NCBI GenBank assembly: GCA_965243625.1
Contig: CBDEVI010000002.1
Location: forward strand, 2,339,475 to 2,403,474
Reading direction: 5' to 3'
DNA from: Chloroflexota bacterium
GTDB lineage: Bacteria > Chloroflexota > UBA11872
DNA length: 64,000 bases
Position numbers and translations under genes: made by a program. Positions 53,033 through 63,178 of this stretch are shown one piece after another; the first letter of the stretch is position 1; every line of letters begins with the position of its first letter. Under the pieces are notes generated by a model. That model was not told the DNA's origin. It was given only the letters and a program-made list of their open reading frames with translations, and made no database searches.

Positions 53033-54721
53033 CTAGGGCGTGAAGACGCTCGTCACGGCCCCCGCGCTCGCCGACGAGACCTGCGCGGCGTATTTGGCCA
53101 TCACGCCGCCGGGATAGCGCGGCGGCGGCGGCGACCAGGCCGCAAAACGCTCCGCGATCTCGTCATCCGACAGCGCCACCTCCAGCCGCCGGCCCACGGG
53201 ATCTAGGGTGATGCGGTCGCCGTCGCGCACGATCGCGATGGGCCCGCCGTGCGCGGCCTCGGGCGCCACGTGCCCGACCATGCGTCCGTGGGAGGCGCCC
53301 GAGAACCGTCCGTCGGTCATCAGGGCCACCGAGCCGCCCAAACCGGCGCCCTGCAGGGCGCCCGTCACCTGCAGCATCTCGCGCATGCCGGGTCCGCCCA
53401 CCGGCCCCTCATAGCGAATCACCACGAAGTCGCCGGGCGCAATCTGGCCCGCCTCCAACGCCGCGTAGCAGGCGGCCTCGCCGTCGAAGACCCGCGCCGG
53501 TCCGCTGAAGGGCGTCTGCTCTTGGCCGGAGACCTTGGCGACGCAGCCGTCGGGCGCCAGATTCCCGCGCAGGATGGCAATCCCGCCGCTGGCCTTCACG
53601 GGCGCGTCGATGCTCGTGATCACGTTGCCGGCGGCGTCCGACCGCTGCGCCGCGGCGGCAATCTCCGCCAGTGTCCGGCCGTCCACGTTCCGCGCGTCCG
53701 CATGCAGCAGGTCGCGCGACGCCAGTTCGGCGGCGATGACGGCCAGGCCGCCCGCGGCATAAACGTCCGACGCCACAAATCGCCCCGTGGGCTTGAGGTC
53801 GGTGATGATCGGCGTGCGCTCGGCGATACGATCAAAATCCTCGAGTTCGAGGTCAACGCCCGCCTCGTGGGCAATGGCCATGAGGTGCAGCACGGCGTTG
53901 GTGGAACCGCCGGTGGCCGCCAGCGAGGCGATGGCGTTCTCCATCGACGCGCGGGTGATGACGTCGCGCGGGCGCACGTCGCGCCGCAGCAGGTCGACCG
54001 CGAGCTCGCCGGCGGCAACCGCCGCCTGGGCCTTGGCGGCGTGGGTGGCCGGCACCGCGTTGGCGCCCGCCGGGCTGATCCCCAGGAACTCCAGCGCCGT
54101 GGCCATGGTGTTGGCCGTGAACTGTCCCCCGCAGGCTCCGGCGCCGGGACAGGCGGCGTCCTCGATGGCCAACAGCTCGGCGTCGTCGATGCGCCCCGCC
54201 GCGTGCGTACCCACGCCTTCGAACACGTCCTGGATCGTCACGTCGCGCCCGCGGTGAGTGCCCGGGGCGATGCTGCCCGTATAGAACGCCAGCCCCGGAA
54301 GGTTCAGCCGCGCCAGCACCATGGCGCCGGCGGGAATGGTCTTGTCACAGCCAACCAGCACCACCAGCGCGTCGACGCAGTGCCCGCGAGACGCCAGCTC
54401 GATGGAGTCGGCGATAACCTCGCGGCTCACCAGCGAGGCGCGCATGCCTTCGGTGCCCATCGCCACGCCGTCGGAGACGGAAATGGTGTTGATCTCCACC
54501 GGCGTGCCACCCGCCGCCCGCACCCCGGCCTTGACGTGCTCGGCCATCTCGCGGTGGTTGAAGTTGCACGGCATGGTCTCGATCCACTGGTGCGCCACGC
54601 CGATGATGGGTCGCCGCAGGTCCTCGTCGGTGAAGCCAATGGCCTTGAGCATCGAGCGTGCGGGCGCACGCGCCGGGCCCTGGGTCATGGCGGCGCTGTT
54701 CGGTCGCGGCAGCGGAGGCAT
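53033..54721 (-). CDS. ilvD: dihydroxy-acid dehydratase
   Basis: ORF 53033..54721(-), 562 aa. PCNFNH, CDKTIPG and LMTDGRFSG signatures. Confidence 0.95.
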   Translation of the reverse strand: MPPLPRPNSAAMTQGPARAPARSMLKAIGFTDEDLRRPIIGVAHQWIETMPCNFNHREMAEHVKAGVRAAGGTPVEINTISVSDGVAMGTEGMRASLVSREVIADSIELASRGHCVDALVVLVGCDKTIPAGAMVLARLNLPGLAFYTGSIAPGTHRGRDVTIQDVFEGVGTHAAGRIDDAELLAIEDAACPGAGACGGQFTANTMATALEFLGISPAGANAVPATHAAKAQAAVAAGELAVDLLRRDVRPRDVITRASMENAIASLAATGGSTNAVLHLMAIAHEAGVDLELEDFDRIAERTPIITDLKPTGRFVASDVYAAGGLAVIAAELASRDLLHADARNVDGRTLAEIAAAAQRSDAAGNVITSIDAPVKASGGIAILRGNLAPDGCVAKVSGQEQTPFSGPARVFDGEAACYAALEAGQIAPGDFVVIRYEGPVGGPGMREMLQVTGALQGAGLGGSVALMTDGRFSGASHGRMVGHVAPEAAHGGPIAIVRDGDRITLDPVGRRLEVALSDDEIAERFAAWSPPPPRYPGGVMAKYAAQVSSASAGAVTSVFTP

Positions 54722-54847
54722 GGCAAGTCCTTCGGAGAGTCAGGAAAAGGGCCGCGGACCAGTGCCCGCGACCGGTGGTGCGCTGAATGGCGCAGTCACA
54801 AATGATATACGCAACATCGAGGCCGGGTAGCGAATCACTCCGATTCC

Positions 54848-55042
54848 GTCATTCCGGCGGAGGCCGAAATCCAGGTCCGATCGAACCGGCAGCGACACTG
54901 CAGGTGAGCGGGAATCCACCCCCACGCCCACACTCGGCCGGTGTAGGGGCGCTCCTCGTGGGAACCCGTTGCCCTGCTGAGAGACTCCTTCCCGATCGGG
55001 GTTCGGCTCCCTCTCCCACGGGGAGAGGGTCGGGGTGAGGGG
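54848..55042. repeat. REP mosaic (families A, D-like and E)
   Basis: GTCATTCCGGCGGAGGCCGAAATCCAGGTC (54848-54878), GTAGGGGCGCTCCTCGTGGGAACCC (54941-54968) and CGATCGGGGTTCGGCTCCCTCTCCCACGGGGAGAGGGTCGGGGTGAGGGG (54993-55042). Confidence 0.6.
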
Positions 55043-55080
55043 ATACCGACCATCGCCCCCCGAACCGACCGGCCCGCCCG

Positions 55081-55395
55081 TCAATCCTGGTGGAACAGCT
55101 CCTCCAGCATCTCCAGCGGCACCAGGCCCGAGCTCATGTCCACGTCCAGGATGTCCGTGTGCAGCTCCTGCCAGCGCAACTGGGATTCCGACTTCGCCAG
55201 GTATTCCGTCGCCGCGTCCCAGTCGTCGCACTCCAGCAGGCCGATGGCGTGGTGGCCGAAGAGCACGATGGTGTAGTTGCGGATGCCCGCGACGGTATTC
55301 TCGGCCAGCAATTCGGGCCACACGTTGGCGTGGGTTTCCCGGTAGGCGTCGATCTTGTCGGGCTTGATCGGCAGGGCAAAGGCGATGCGCGGCAT
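55081..55395 (-). CDS. rhaM: L-rhamnose mutarotase
   Basis: ORF 55081..55461(-). Start at Met 23 gives 104 aa. MPRIAFALPIKPDKIDAYRETHANVWPELL matches the RhaM N-terminus. Confidence 0.85.
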   Translation of the reverse strand: MPRIAFALPIKPDKIDAYRETHANVWPELLAENTVAGIRNYTIVLFGHHAIGLLECDDWDAATEYLAKSESQLRWQELHTDILDVDMSSGLVPLEMLEELFHQD

Positions 55396-55549
55396 GACGT
55401 TCTCCAGTACGCATGCAATGTCCGCTAGCAGGATGCGTTGCCGCCGGTGACCCGTCCACACACCAGCAGTGGGTCGCTGTGGTCAGGGCTAGGCACTTCT
55501 CCGATTCGGTGCCATGGTCCGAACCCCTTTTCCCTTGATGAGTCCTTTG

Positions 55550-55715
55550 CCTAACCCCTCCCGTGGGAATCGGTGAGCCGGTCCTGTTCCCTCTCCCTTG
55601 AGGGAGAGGGCTAGGGTGAGGGGGATCCGGGGCTTGGAACTAGGCAGTCGGCCATTCGTGCAAAGATCGCTCGATGGGAAAGGGCCAGAGTCTGCCTCGT
55701 ACTCGATACGGGGGT
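55550..55715. repeat. REP mosaic (family E plus partial family B)
   Basis: ...CCGGTCCTGTTCCCTCTCCCTTGAGGGAGAGGGCTAGGGTGAGGGGG... (55550-55628) and AGAGTCTGCCTCGTACTCGATACGGGGG (55686-55715). Confidence 0.6.
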
Positions 55716-55766
55716 GAGGGTGCAAATGCAGGTCGCCTTCGCCGGATGCACGCCGACAGAAGCACC

Positions 55767-56681
55767 ATGACCCAACACCCACACACCTTCAGCGGCAACC
55801 GGCTGGACCGCGCCGAGCGCGAGCGCCGCGACCCCGCGTGGATCGAGCGGCGCGAGCGGGACCCCGCCAGCGTCTTCCTGCCGTTACGCCGCCTGGACGT
55901 CCTGGTGCGCGAAACCACCGCCACGCGCCTGGACTGGCGTCCGGGCCGCTGGCTGGCCGAGATGCGGGTGGACGGCCCGCGCTATCTGCTGGGGCTATTT
56001 GGCGGCGTGGCGCACTTCGCCGTAGACGTCTCGGACCATCCCGACGACCTCGACCAGGACCGCGAGCAGCGCTTTGCCGAGCTGCGCGACGCCGCGGTGC
56101 TGCTCCCGGCGTCCGAGGCCGGCATCGCCGCGCAGGCCCGGGCCAACGTGGACTGGCACGCGCGCCATCGATTCTGCGGCGCGTGCGGCCACCCCACCGC
56201 GCCGCAGCGCGGCGGTCAATCCCGCAAGTGCGGAAACTGCGGCGCGGAGCACTTCCCGCGCACCGACCCGGTGGTCATCGTCGTCGTCGCCGACGGCGAC
56301 CGGTGCCTGCTGGGGCAATCCCACGGACGGCTGTCGAGCCAACGCATGTTCTCGGCGCTGGCCGGGTTCATGGACCAGGGCGAGTCCATCGAGGAAGCCG
56401 TGCGGCGCGAGGTGGCCGAGGAAGCCGGCGTCCAGGTCGGCGCCGTGCGCTACCACTCGTCGCAGCCCTGGCCGTTTCCCTCGTCGCTCATGATCGGCTG
56501 CCACGCCGACGCGCTGACGGTTGACCTACGCCCAGACGACGTCGAGATGCAGGCCGTCCGCTGGTTCGACCGCGCCCAGGTCCTCCGCGCCCTCGCAGGC
56601 GCCGACCCCGACCTCCGCGTCCCCGGTGAGTACGCCATCGCCCACCACCTCATCCGCACCTGGGCGGAGGAAGAGGTCTAG
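55767..56681 (+). CDS. nudC: NAD+ diphosphatase (NADH pyrophosphatase, Nudix)
   Basis: ORF 55674..56681(+). Zinc ribbon CGACGHPT...CGNCGAEHFPR plus Nudix box GFMDQGESIEEAVRREVAEEAGV. Start set at Met 32. Confidence 0.85.
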   Translation: MTQHPHTFSGNRLDRAERERRDPAWIERRERDPASVFLPLRRLDVLVRETTATRLDWRPGRWLAEMRVDGPRYLLGLFGGVAHFAVDVSDHPDDLDQDREQRFAELRDAAVLLPASEAGIAAQARANVDWHARHRFCGACGHPTAPQRGGQSRKCGNCGAEHFPRTDPVVIVVVADGDRCLLGQSHGRLSSQRMFSALAGFMDQGESIEEAVRREVAEEAGVQVGAVRYHSSQPWPFPSSLMIGCHADALTVDLRPDDVEMQAVRWFDRAQVLRALAGADPDLRVPGEYAIAHHLIRTWAEEEV

Positions 56682-56766
56682 CTGGCGCGGGCCCCTCCCC
56701 AAGAGTCTACCGGCGGTCGAGCAACTCGTGGGCGACGTCGTGGAATCGACCATCTTCCTGATCTAG

Positions 56767-57407
<641 letters not shown>

Positions 57408-57682
57408 CGCCGAAGTCGCCGCTTCCTACCGGGCATTCCGGCACCCTTCCAGCCGCAGTCAACCCAGGGAGGTCGACCACCGAGCTGCGTCGCCCGGGAG
57501 CCGCGCTCCTGGATCACTAGACTTGGCAGCCGCCGGCAGGCGGCGTGACCCGAAAATCGCCGCGTCACGTGTGAACGGTCGGCCGCTCGCGACTGAAAGA
57601 TTCACCACTGCGATTCGCAACGGTAGAACCGTACCCCGTACTATTGGCACACGGTCCCAGACTCCAACGGCGGAGTGGTCAT

Positions 57683-59776
57683 ATGGGCGGCATCCTGCGC
57701 GGTCGATTCATCTTCCTGCTTCTGATTCTCGGCGTTGCCGTGGCGGCGTTCGCCTGCGGCGACACCGACGAGCCGCCGCCCGTTGAAACAATCGTCACCG
57801 TCACGGTCGAAGTCCCGGTCGAGGTCGAAAAAGTTGTCGAAGTCGAGAAGGTCGTCGAGGTCGAGAAGATCGTGGAAGTCGAGAAAGTGGTCGAGGCCAC
57901 CCCGACCCCGGCGCCGACCGAGGCCCCGGCTCCAACCGGTCCGGCCATCTACAAGATGGGGCTGTTCGAGGACCCGATCTCGCGCAACGTCTGGAACTAC
58001 CTCGGCGGGCCTGCCGGGTCGGTCTGGACCGGTTACGTGATCGGCGGCTACGCCACGCAGCTCTATGGCTATTCCCCGCAGCGCTTCGACTGGGTCCCGG
58101 TGGCCGCCGACGGATTCCCGACGCCGCTGGCCCAGGAGACCATCGACGGAACCGAGTATTGGACGACCGAAGTTTCGCTCAAGCAGGGTGTGACCTGGAG
58201 CGACGGCGAGGAACTGACGGCGGACGACTTCGTCTTCACGGTCAACACCGTCATGGCCATGCAACTCGGCGGCAACTGGGCCCAACTGGTGGACTCCGCG
58301 TTCGTCGACCGGGCGGAGGCGCTCGACAGCCATCGGCTGAAGATCTATTTCAAGTCCACCGACGCCGACGGGAATCCGCAGACGCCCGGCCTCAGCGTGT
58401 GGCAGTTCGGCCTGGCGTTCATGCCGATTCTCCCGGAGCACTATTGGGCGCCCGTGGTCGAGCAGGCCAAGCAAGCGGGCACCATGCCCCAGCAGATCGA
58501 GGCGCTGTTCGCGCACGTGCCCGACGGCGAGCCCACCGCCGGCGGTCTGGCGTTTCGCCAGTGGGAGCCGGGCGCGTTCTTCGAGAACGAGACCGTTCCG
58601 AGTCACTTTCAGATGGGCGCCGTCGTCACTGAGTTCGCCAACGGCGCCTACCGGGAAACGAGCGAACGACTCGGCTACACCGAAGTCGCCTACGGCGAGG
58701 CCACCGGTGACACGGTGCTAGAGCTCGAGGTCGGTCCGCATTTCGAGACCGAGATCTTCAGCATCTACGGCAACCAGGACTCGGCGATCCTCGCCCTGAC
58801 CACGGGCGATATCGACTTCCTCTTCAACCCTCTGGGGTTGGAGAAGGGCTTCCTCGACCGCGTCCGCCAGGCGCCCGACCTCGAAGTGGTGACGAACCTC
58901 GACAACGGTGTCTTCTACCTGGGATTCAACACCCGCAAGGGCCCCATGGCCTTCAGGGAATTCCGGCAAGCCGTCGCGACCATGATCGACAAGGAATTCG
59001 TATCGCAGTCGATCCTCCAGGACGCGGCGATTCCCATGTACGCCATGGTTCCCGAGGGCAACGCCTTCTGGCACAACGACGCGACGTCCAAGATCGGTCA
59101 GGGGTTGAGCCTGGGCGAGCGGATCGCGCAGGCGGTCGAGCTGCTGAAGAGCGCCGGCTTCACCTACGAGCAGGAGCCGGAGGTCGGCGAGGACGGCGAG
59201 TTCGTTTCCTCACCCGGCCGTGGCCTGCGAATGCCCGACGGCTCGGAGGTCCCACAGCTCGACCTGATCGCCCCCAGCGCCGGCTACGACCCGCTGCGGT
59301 CCACCTTCGCCATCTGGATCGAGCGCTGGCTCAACGACCTGGGCATTCCGGTTCGAGCGCAGCTGGTCGGGTTCAACGTTCTCGTCGACCGGCTGTTCAG
59401 CGAGACCGTGGCCGAAGACCTCGACATGTGGATCCTGGGCTGGGGCTTCAGCATCTTCCCCAACTACCTGGAGAACATCTTCCACAGCCGCCACGCACCC
59501 GAGAACGAGGAGGGCGGCTACAACTGGGGCGGCTACGGCAACCCCGAATACGATGCCCTGGCCTTTGCCCTGCTGTCCGAGACCACCATTGAGGGCGCGC
59601 GGGAATTGGTCTACCAGATGCAGGCGCTCCTCGCCGAAGACCTCCCGTACGTAACGCTCTTCACGACGCCGAAGGTGGACGTGTTTCGACCGTCGCGGGT
59701 GGAGTACCCCTACACCGAGGTGCTCGGCGGCATGGCGCAGCAACAGGGACTGCAACACGTCGTGCTGATCAAGTAG
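57683..59776 (+). CDS. ABC transporter substrate-binding lipoprotein, family 5 (peptide/nickel type)
   Basis: ORF 57644..59776(+). Start at MGGILRGRFIFLLLILGVAVAAFACGD (lipobox), a repetitive linker, then an SBP_bac_5-like body. Confidence 0.9.
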   Translation: MGGILRGRFIFLLLILGVAVAAFACGDTDEPPPVETIVTVTVEVPVEVEKVVEVEKVVEVEKIVEVEKVVEATPTPAPTEAPAPTGPAIYKMGLFEDPISRNVWNYLGGPAGSVWTGYVIGGYATQLYGYSPQRFDWVPVAADGFPTPLAQETIDGTEYWTTEVSLKQGVTWSDGEELTADDFVFTVNTVMAMQLGGNWAQLVDSAFVDRAEALDSHRLKIYFKSTDADGNPQTPGLSVWQFGLAFMPILPEHYWAPVVEQAKQAGTMPQQIEALFAHVPDGEPTAGGLAFRQWEPGAFFENETVPSHFQMGAVVTEFANGAYRETSERLGYTEVAYGEATGDTVLELEVGPHFETEIFSIYGNQDSAILALTTGDIDFLFNPLGLEKGFLDRVRQAPDLEVVTNLDNGVFYLGFNTRKGPMAFREFRQAVATMIDKEFVSQSILQDAAIPMYAMVPEGNAFWHNDATSKIGQGLSLGERIAQAVELLKSAGFTYEQEPEVGEDGEFVSSPGRGLRMPDGSEVPQLDLIAPSAGYDPLRSTFAIWIERWLNDLGIPVRAQLVGFNVLVDRLFSETVAEDLDMWILGWGFSIFPNYLENIFHSRHAPENEEGGYNWGGYGNPEYDALAFALLSETTIEGARELVYQMQALLAEDLPYVTLFTTPKVDVFRPSRVEYPYTEVLGGMAQQQGLQHVVLIK
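57818..57898 (+). repeat. 18-nt tandem repeat (about 4.4 copies) encoding (VEVEKV)n linker
   Basis: GTCGAGGTCGAAAAAGTT / GTCGAAGTCGAGAAGGTC / GTCGAGGTCGAGAAGATC / GTGGAAGTCGAGAAAGTG / GTCGAGGCC. Confidence 0.8.
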
Positions 59777-59859
59777 CCGCTTGACCGCGCAAACGAGGCG
59801 GGCTGCATGGGTGTAGTCGCGGCGTCGGCGGCCAATTCGCGTTCGCGCAGGTGATGTAG

Positions 59860-61011
59860 GTGGCCGGATACCTCCTGCGCCGCACCGTCCAGATCCTGCT
59901 CACCCTCTTCATCTTCCTCACCATCGTGTTCTTTCTGGTGAGCGCCCAGCCCGGCGACATCACCCGCCTGTACTCGATGGACCCCAGTCTCCCGCCGGAG
60001 ACCCGCGCGAGCCTCCAAGAGCTCTTCGGCGTCAACGAGCCACTCTGGAAGCAGTACCTGGTCCATCTCAAGAACACGTTCACCGGCAACTTCGGCGTTT
60101 CGTTCAGCCTCTATCCGAGAACCGTTGGCGACGTGATCCTGGAACGCCTGCCGCGCACGCTGGTGCTGTTCGCGACCGCAACCGTGATTTCCTTTTACCT
60201 CGGGTTCGCGCTCGGCAAGATCATCGCCTGGCGCCGCGGCGGCTGGGTCGAATACACCTCGACCCTCGGCGGCGTCTCGCTGTACACGGTGTTCACGCCG
60301 TGGTTTGGCCTGATGATGATCTGGCTGTTCGCCTTCAAGGCCGGGTGGCTGCCCATCGGCAAGTTCCTGGATCCGGTGGTGTGGCGCGATGCGCCGACCG
60401 ACTCGAACACGGTCTTCAACCTCATGCTGGCCACCGCCGCCATCCTGACAGTGGTCGTATTTGCGGTGGCTGTGGCGACCAAGAAGAAGCGCCTCGCCAA
60501 GGCGCCGCTCATTCACGCGGGAACCATCGCCGCTGCGGCTGCGGCAGTGATCGGCGTGTGGTTCGCGTCGGGCGTCGGCTATCTCGCCGTGGACCTCGTC
60601 AAGCACATGATTCTGCCCATCGCCACGCTCTCGCTGATCAGCTTCGCCGGAACCATGCTGCTGACCCGCAACAGCATGCTGGAGGTCATTCGCGAGGACC
60701 ACGTGATGGTGGCCCGGGCCAAGGGACTGCCCGAAAAGGTCGTGCGTGACAAGCACGTCGCCCGCAACGCCCTGCTGCCGGTGGTGACCAGCTTCGTCTT
60801 CAGCCTGGCGTTCGCCATCGACGGCGGGGTCATCATCGAGTCCATCTTCTCCTGGCCCGGCATGGGACAGACGCTCGTGTCGGCCACGGTGAGCGAAGAC
60901 CTGCCGCTCGCCGTGGGCGCCTTCGTCTTCGTGGGCATCTTCGTGCTCGTGGCGCATCTGGCGGCCGATGTGCTCTACGCCTACCTCGACCCGCGAGTCA
61001 GGTACCGATGA
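59860..61011 (+). CDS. ABC transporter permease (DppB/OppB type)
   Basis: ORF 59860..61011(+). MAGYLLRRTVQILLTLF start typical of the family, six TM segments, EAA-like loop (ARAKGLPEKVV). Confidence 0.9.
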   Translation: MAGYLLRRTVQILLTLFIFLTIVFFLVSAQPGDITRLYSMDPSLPPETRASLQELFGVNEPLWKQYLVHLKNTFTGNFGVSFSLYPRTVGDVILERLPRTLVLFATATVISFYLGFALGKIIAWRRGGWVEYTSTLGGVSLYTVFTPWFGLMMIWLFAFKAGWLPIGKFLDPVVWRDAPTDSNTVFNLMLATAAILTVVVFAVAVATKKKRLAKAPLIHAGTIAAAAAAVIGVWFASGVGYLAVDLVKHMILPIATLSLISFAGTMLLTRNSMLEVIREDHVMVARAKGLPEKVVRDKHVARNALLPVVTSFVFSLAFAIDGGVIIESIFSWPGMGQTLVSATVSEDLPLAVGAFVFVGIFVLVAHLAADVLYAYLDPRVRYR

Positions 61012-61958
61012 CTCTCGAAGCCGCGCCCGTCGCCGCCGCGCCGTCGCTGTGGAAGATGCGCCTCACCCTGGCGGGCCGCAGCCTCAAGCAGAACTGGTCG
61101 CTATTCCTGGGCACGCGCATCGGCATCCTGGGCCTGGCGATCATCCTCTTCTACCTGCTGCTGGCCGCGGCGCATCCGATCCTGATGCACACCATCTGGG
61201 ACGAGCGCACCTACGACCCGATCATCGGCTACGCCTTCGACGAGCCCGTCCAACCCGCGCCGCCGAGCCTGAGGCATCCGCTCGGCACCGACCCGCTGGG
61301 CCGCGACATCCTCAGCCAACTCATGTTCAGCACGCGATCCGAGTTCCTGCTGGGATTGCTCGCGGCGCTCATGACCGTGTGCATCGGCACGATGGTCGGG
61401 GCCATCGCCGCCTACTACGGCGGCTGGGTCGACACGCTGCTGATGCGGCTGGCCGACATCATGATCATGATGCCGGCGATCAGCATCCTCATCGTGCTCA
61501 GCGCCCTCTTCGAGGTCGGGCACCTGGAGTTGGCCATACTCATCGGCCTGCTCTCCGGATTCGGCGGCACGGGCGTCGTGCTGAAATCCCAGGCGCTGTC
61601 CGTCGTCGTCAAGCCCTACATCGAGGCCGCCAGGGCCGCAGGCGGCGGCACGCTGCACATCCTGCTCGTCCACGTGGTCCCCAACCTGCTGCCGCTCTCC
61701 TTCCTCTACATGATGTTCACCGTCACCAGCGCCATCTTCTCGGAAGCCGTGCTGAGCTTTCTGGGCCTGCTGGACGTGCGCATGAGCTGGGGCCTGATGA
61801 TCCACACCACCGAATCCGCCGGATACCTGCTGCAAGTCGGCGAGTACTGGTGGCTCATATTCCCGGCCAGCTTGTCCATCACCCTCTTGTGCTCGTCGTT
61901 TTACCTGCTCGGCCGTTCGCTGGACGAAGTCGTCAACCCACGGCTGCGACGGCTATGA
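61008..61958 (+). CDS. ABC transporter permease (DppC/OppC type)
   Basis: ORF 61008..61958(+). HPLGTDPLGRDILS motif. 4-nt overlap with the upstream permease. Confidence 0.9.
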   Translation: MTLEAAPVAAAPSLWKMRLTLAGRSLKQNWSLFLGTRIGILGLAIILFYLLLAAAHPILMHTIWDERTYDPIIGYAFDEPVQPAPPSLRHPLGTDPLGRDILSQLMFSTRSEFLLGLLAALMTVCIGTMVGAIAAYYGGWVDTLLMRLADIMIMMPAISILIVLSALFEVGHLELAILIGLLSGFGGTGVVLKSQALSVVVKPYIEAARAAGGGTLHILLVHVVPNLLPLSFLYMMFTVTSAIFSEAVLSFLGLLDVRMSWGLMIHTTESAGYLLQVGEYWWLIFPASLSITLLCSSFYLLGRSLDEVVNPRLRRL

Positions 61959-63169
61959 GCGGCCTCCCGCGAATCGGCCGGCGACGCTTCCTCCGGGCGC
62001 TTGCCGTCACAGGTGCGAGCGCCGTGCTCGTAGCGTGCGGCGATTCGCAGGACCCGGAGGCTCCGCCGGCCGCCGGGCCGGTCGGGGATGAAGCCGCGAA
62101 GCCTCAGCCCTCCGCGTGGTTCAAGGACACGACGCCGTTCATCGTCCACGACGACGGCAAGAGCCTGGAAACCCGCCTGGAAAACATGGACGCGCTGATC
62201 ACGCCCAACCGTTTCTTCTTCGTGCGCAACAACTCCGTGAGTCTCGAGGTGGACCCGGATACATGGCGGCTCTCGATCGAGGGCGACGCCGTTTCCAACC
62301 CCCGGACGTTCACCTACGACGACATCCGCACGCTCCCCAGCCGCACCCTCGTCTGCTACCTGGAATGCGCCGGCAATCACCGCGCCATGTTCGGCTTGGT
62401 GCACGGACGGCAGTCCACGGGCACTCAGTGGATGACCGGGGGCGTGAGCAACGGCGAATGGGTGGGCGTCTCCCTGCGCGACGTGCTCACGCAGGCGGGG
62501 ATCACCGATAACGCGGTCAGCGTGCTCCTCATCGGGCTGGACGCCGAGTCGCCCGAGGAGGGGTTTCGCCGCGTCCTGCCCGTGGCCAAGGCCCTGCACC
62601 CGGACACGCTGCTCGCCTACTCGCTCAACGGCGAAGACCTGCCGCGCGACCACGGCTATCCACTCCGCGCGCTGGTGCCGGGCTGGGTCGGCAGCAGCAA
62701 CGTCAAGTGGCTGGGCCGCATCGTCGTCTCGAAGGAGCATCTCTGGACGCGCAACAACACCACGTCCTACGTGCTCATCGGCGACGACTACGCGCCGGAA
62801 GGCCAGGCGCTTGGCAAGGTCGCCACGACCCAGGTCATCAAGAGCGCGCTGGCGCTGCCCTGGCCGGCAAACTTGCCCGCCCAACGGCACCAGATTCACG
62901 GCTACGCCCACTCACCCGACGGTCCGATTCGCCGCGTCGAGTGGAGCCTCGATTCCGGCGCCACCTGGCACGAAGCCGCGGTCCTCGAGCCGCAGGTGCA
63001 GTACTCGTGGGCGCGCTTCGCCTTCGAGTGGGACGCACCGCCCGGCGAGCACACCGTTATGACCCGCGCCACCGACGCCTCTGGCGCCACCCAGCCGGAC
63101 CAGATTCCCTTCAACGAGAAGGGCTACCTCTTCAATCAGCCGGTGCCCCATCCGGTCAGCGTCACCTAG
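61955..63169 (+). CDS. sulfite oxidase-family molybdopterin oxidoreductase, Tat-signal lipoprotein
   Basis: In-frame C-terminal part of ORF 60968..63169(+). Start at MSGLPRIGRRRFLRALAVTGASAVLVACG (twin-arginine plus lipobox), with the ATG overlapping the permease stop. YLECAGNHR Mo-Cys motif and a C-terminal dimerisation-type domain. Confidence 0.85.
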   Translation: MSGLPRIGRRRFLRALAVTGASAVLVACGDSQDPEAPPAAGPVGDEAAKPQPSAWFKDTTPFIVHDDGKSLETRLENMDALITPNRFFFVRNNSVSLEVDPDTWRLSIEGDAVSNPRTFTYDDIRTLPSRTLVCYLECAGNHRAMFGLVHGRQSTGTQWMTGGVSNGEWVGVSLRDVLTQAGITDNAVSVLLIGLDAESPEEGFRRVLPVAKALHPDTLLAYSLNGEDLPRDHGYPLRALVPGWVGSSNVKWLGRIVVSKEHLWTRNNTTSYVLIGDDYAPEGQALGKVATTQVIKSALALPWPANLPAQRHQIHGYAHSPDGPIRRVEWSLDSGATWHEAAVLEPQVQYSWARFAFEWDAPPGEHTVMTRATDASGATQPDQIPFNEKGYLFNQPVPHPVSVT

Positions 63170-63178
63170 CGAAGGATC

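Noticed and set aside
57818-57898. Possible CRISPR-like array (regular short repeats)
   Set aside because: The period is 18 nt with no spacers, the repeats lie inside a coding sequence and translate to a regular peptide. There are no cas genes in the window.
60968-61954. N-terminal 329 codons of ORF 60968..63169, which would fuse a long extension to the molybdoenzyme
   Set aside because: This part overlaps the DppC-type permease gene in another frame and is Arg/Pro/His-rich. A clean Tat signal plus lipobox starts at the ATG at 61955, which overlaps the permease stop.
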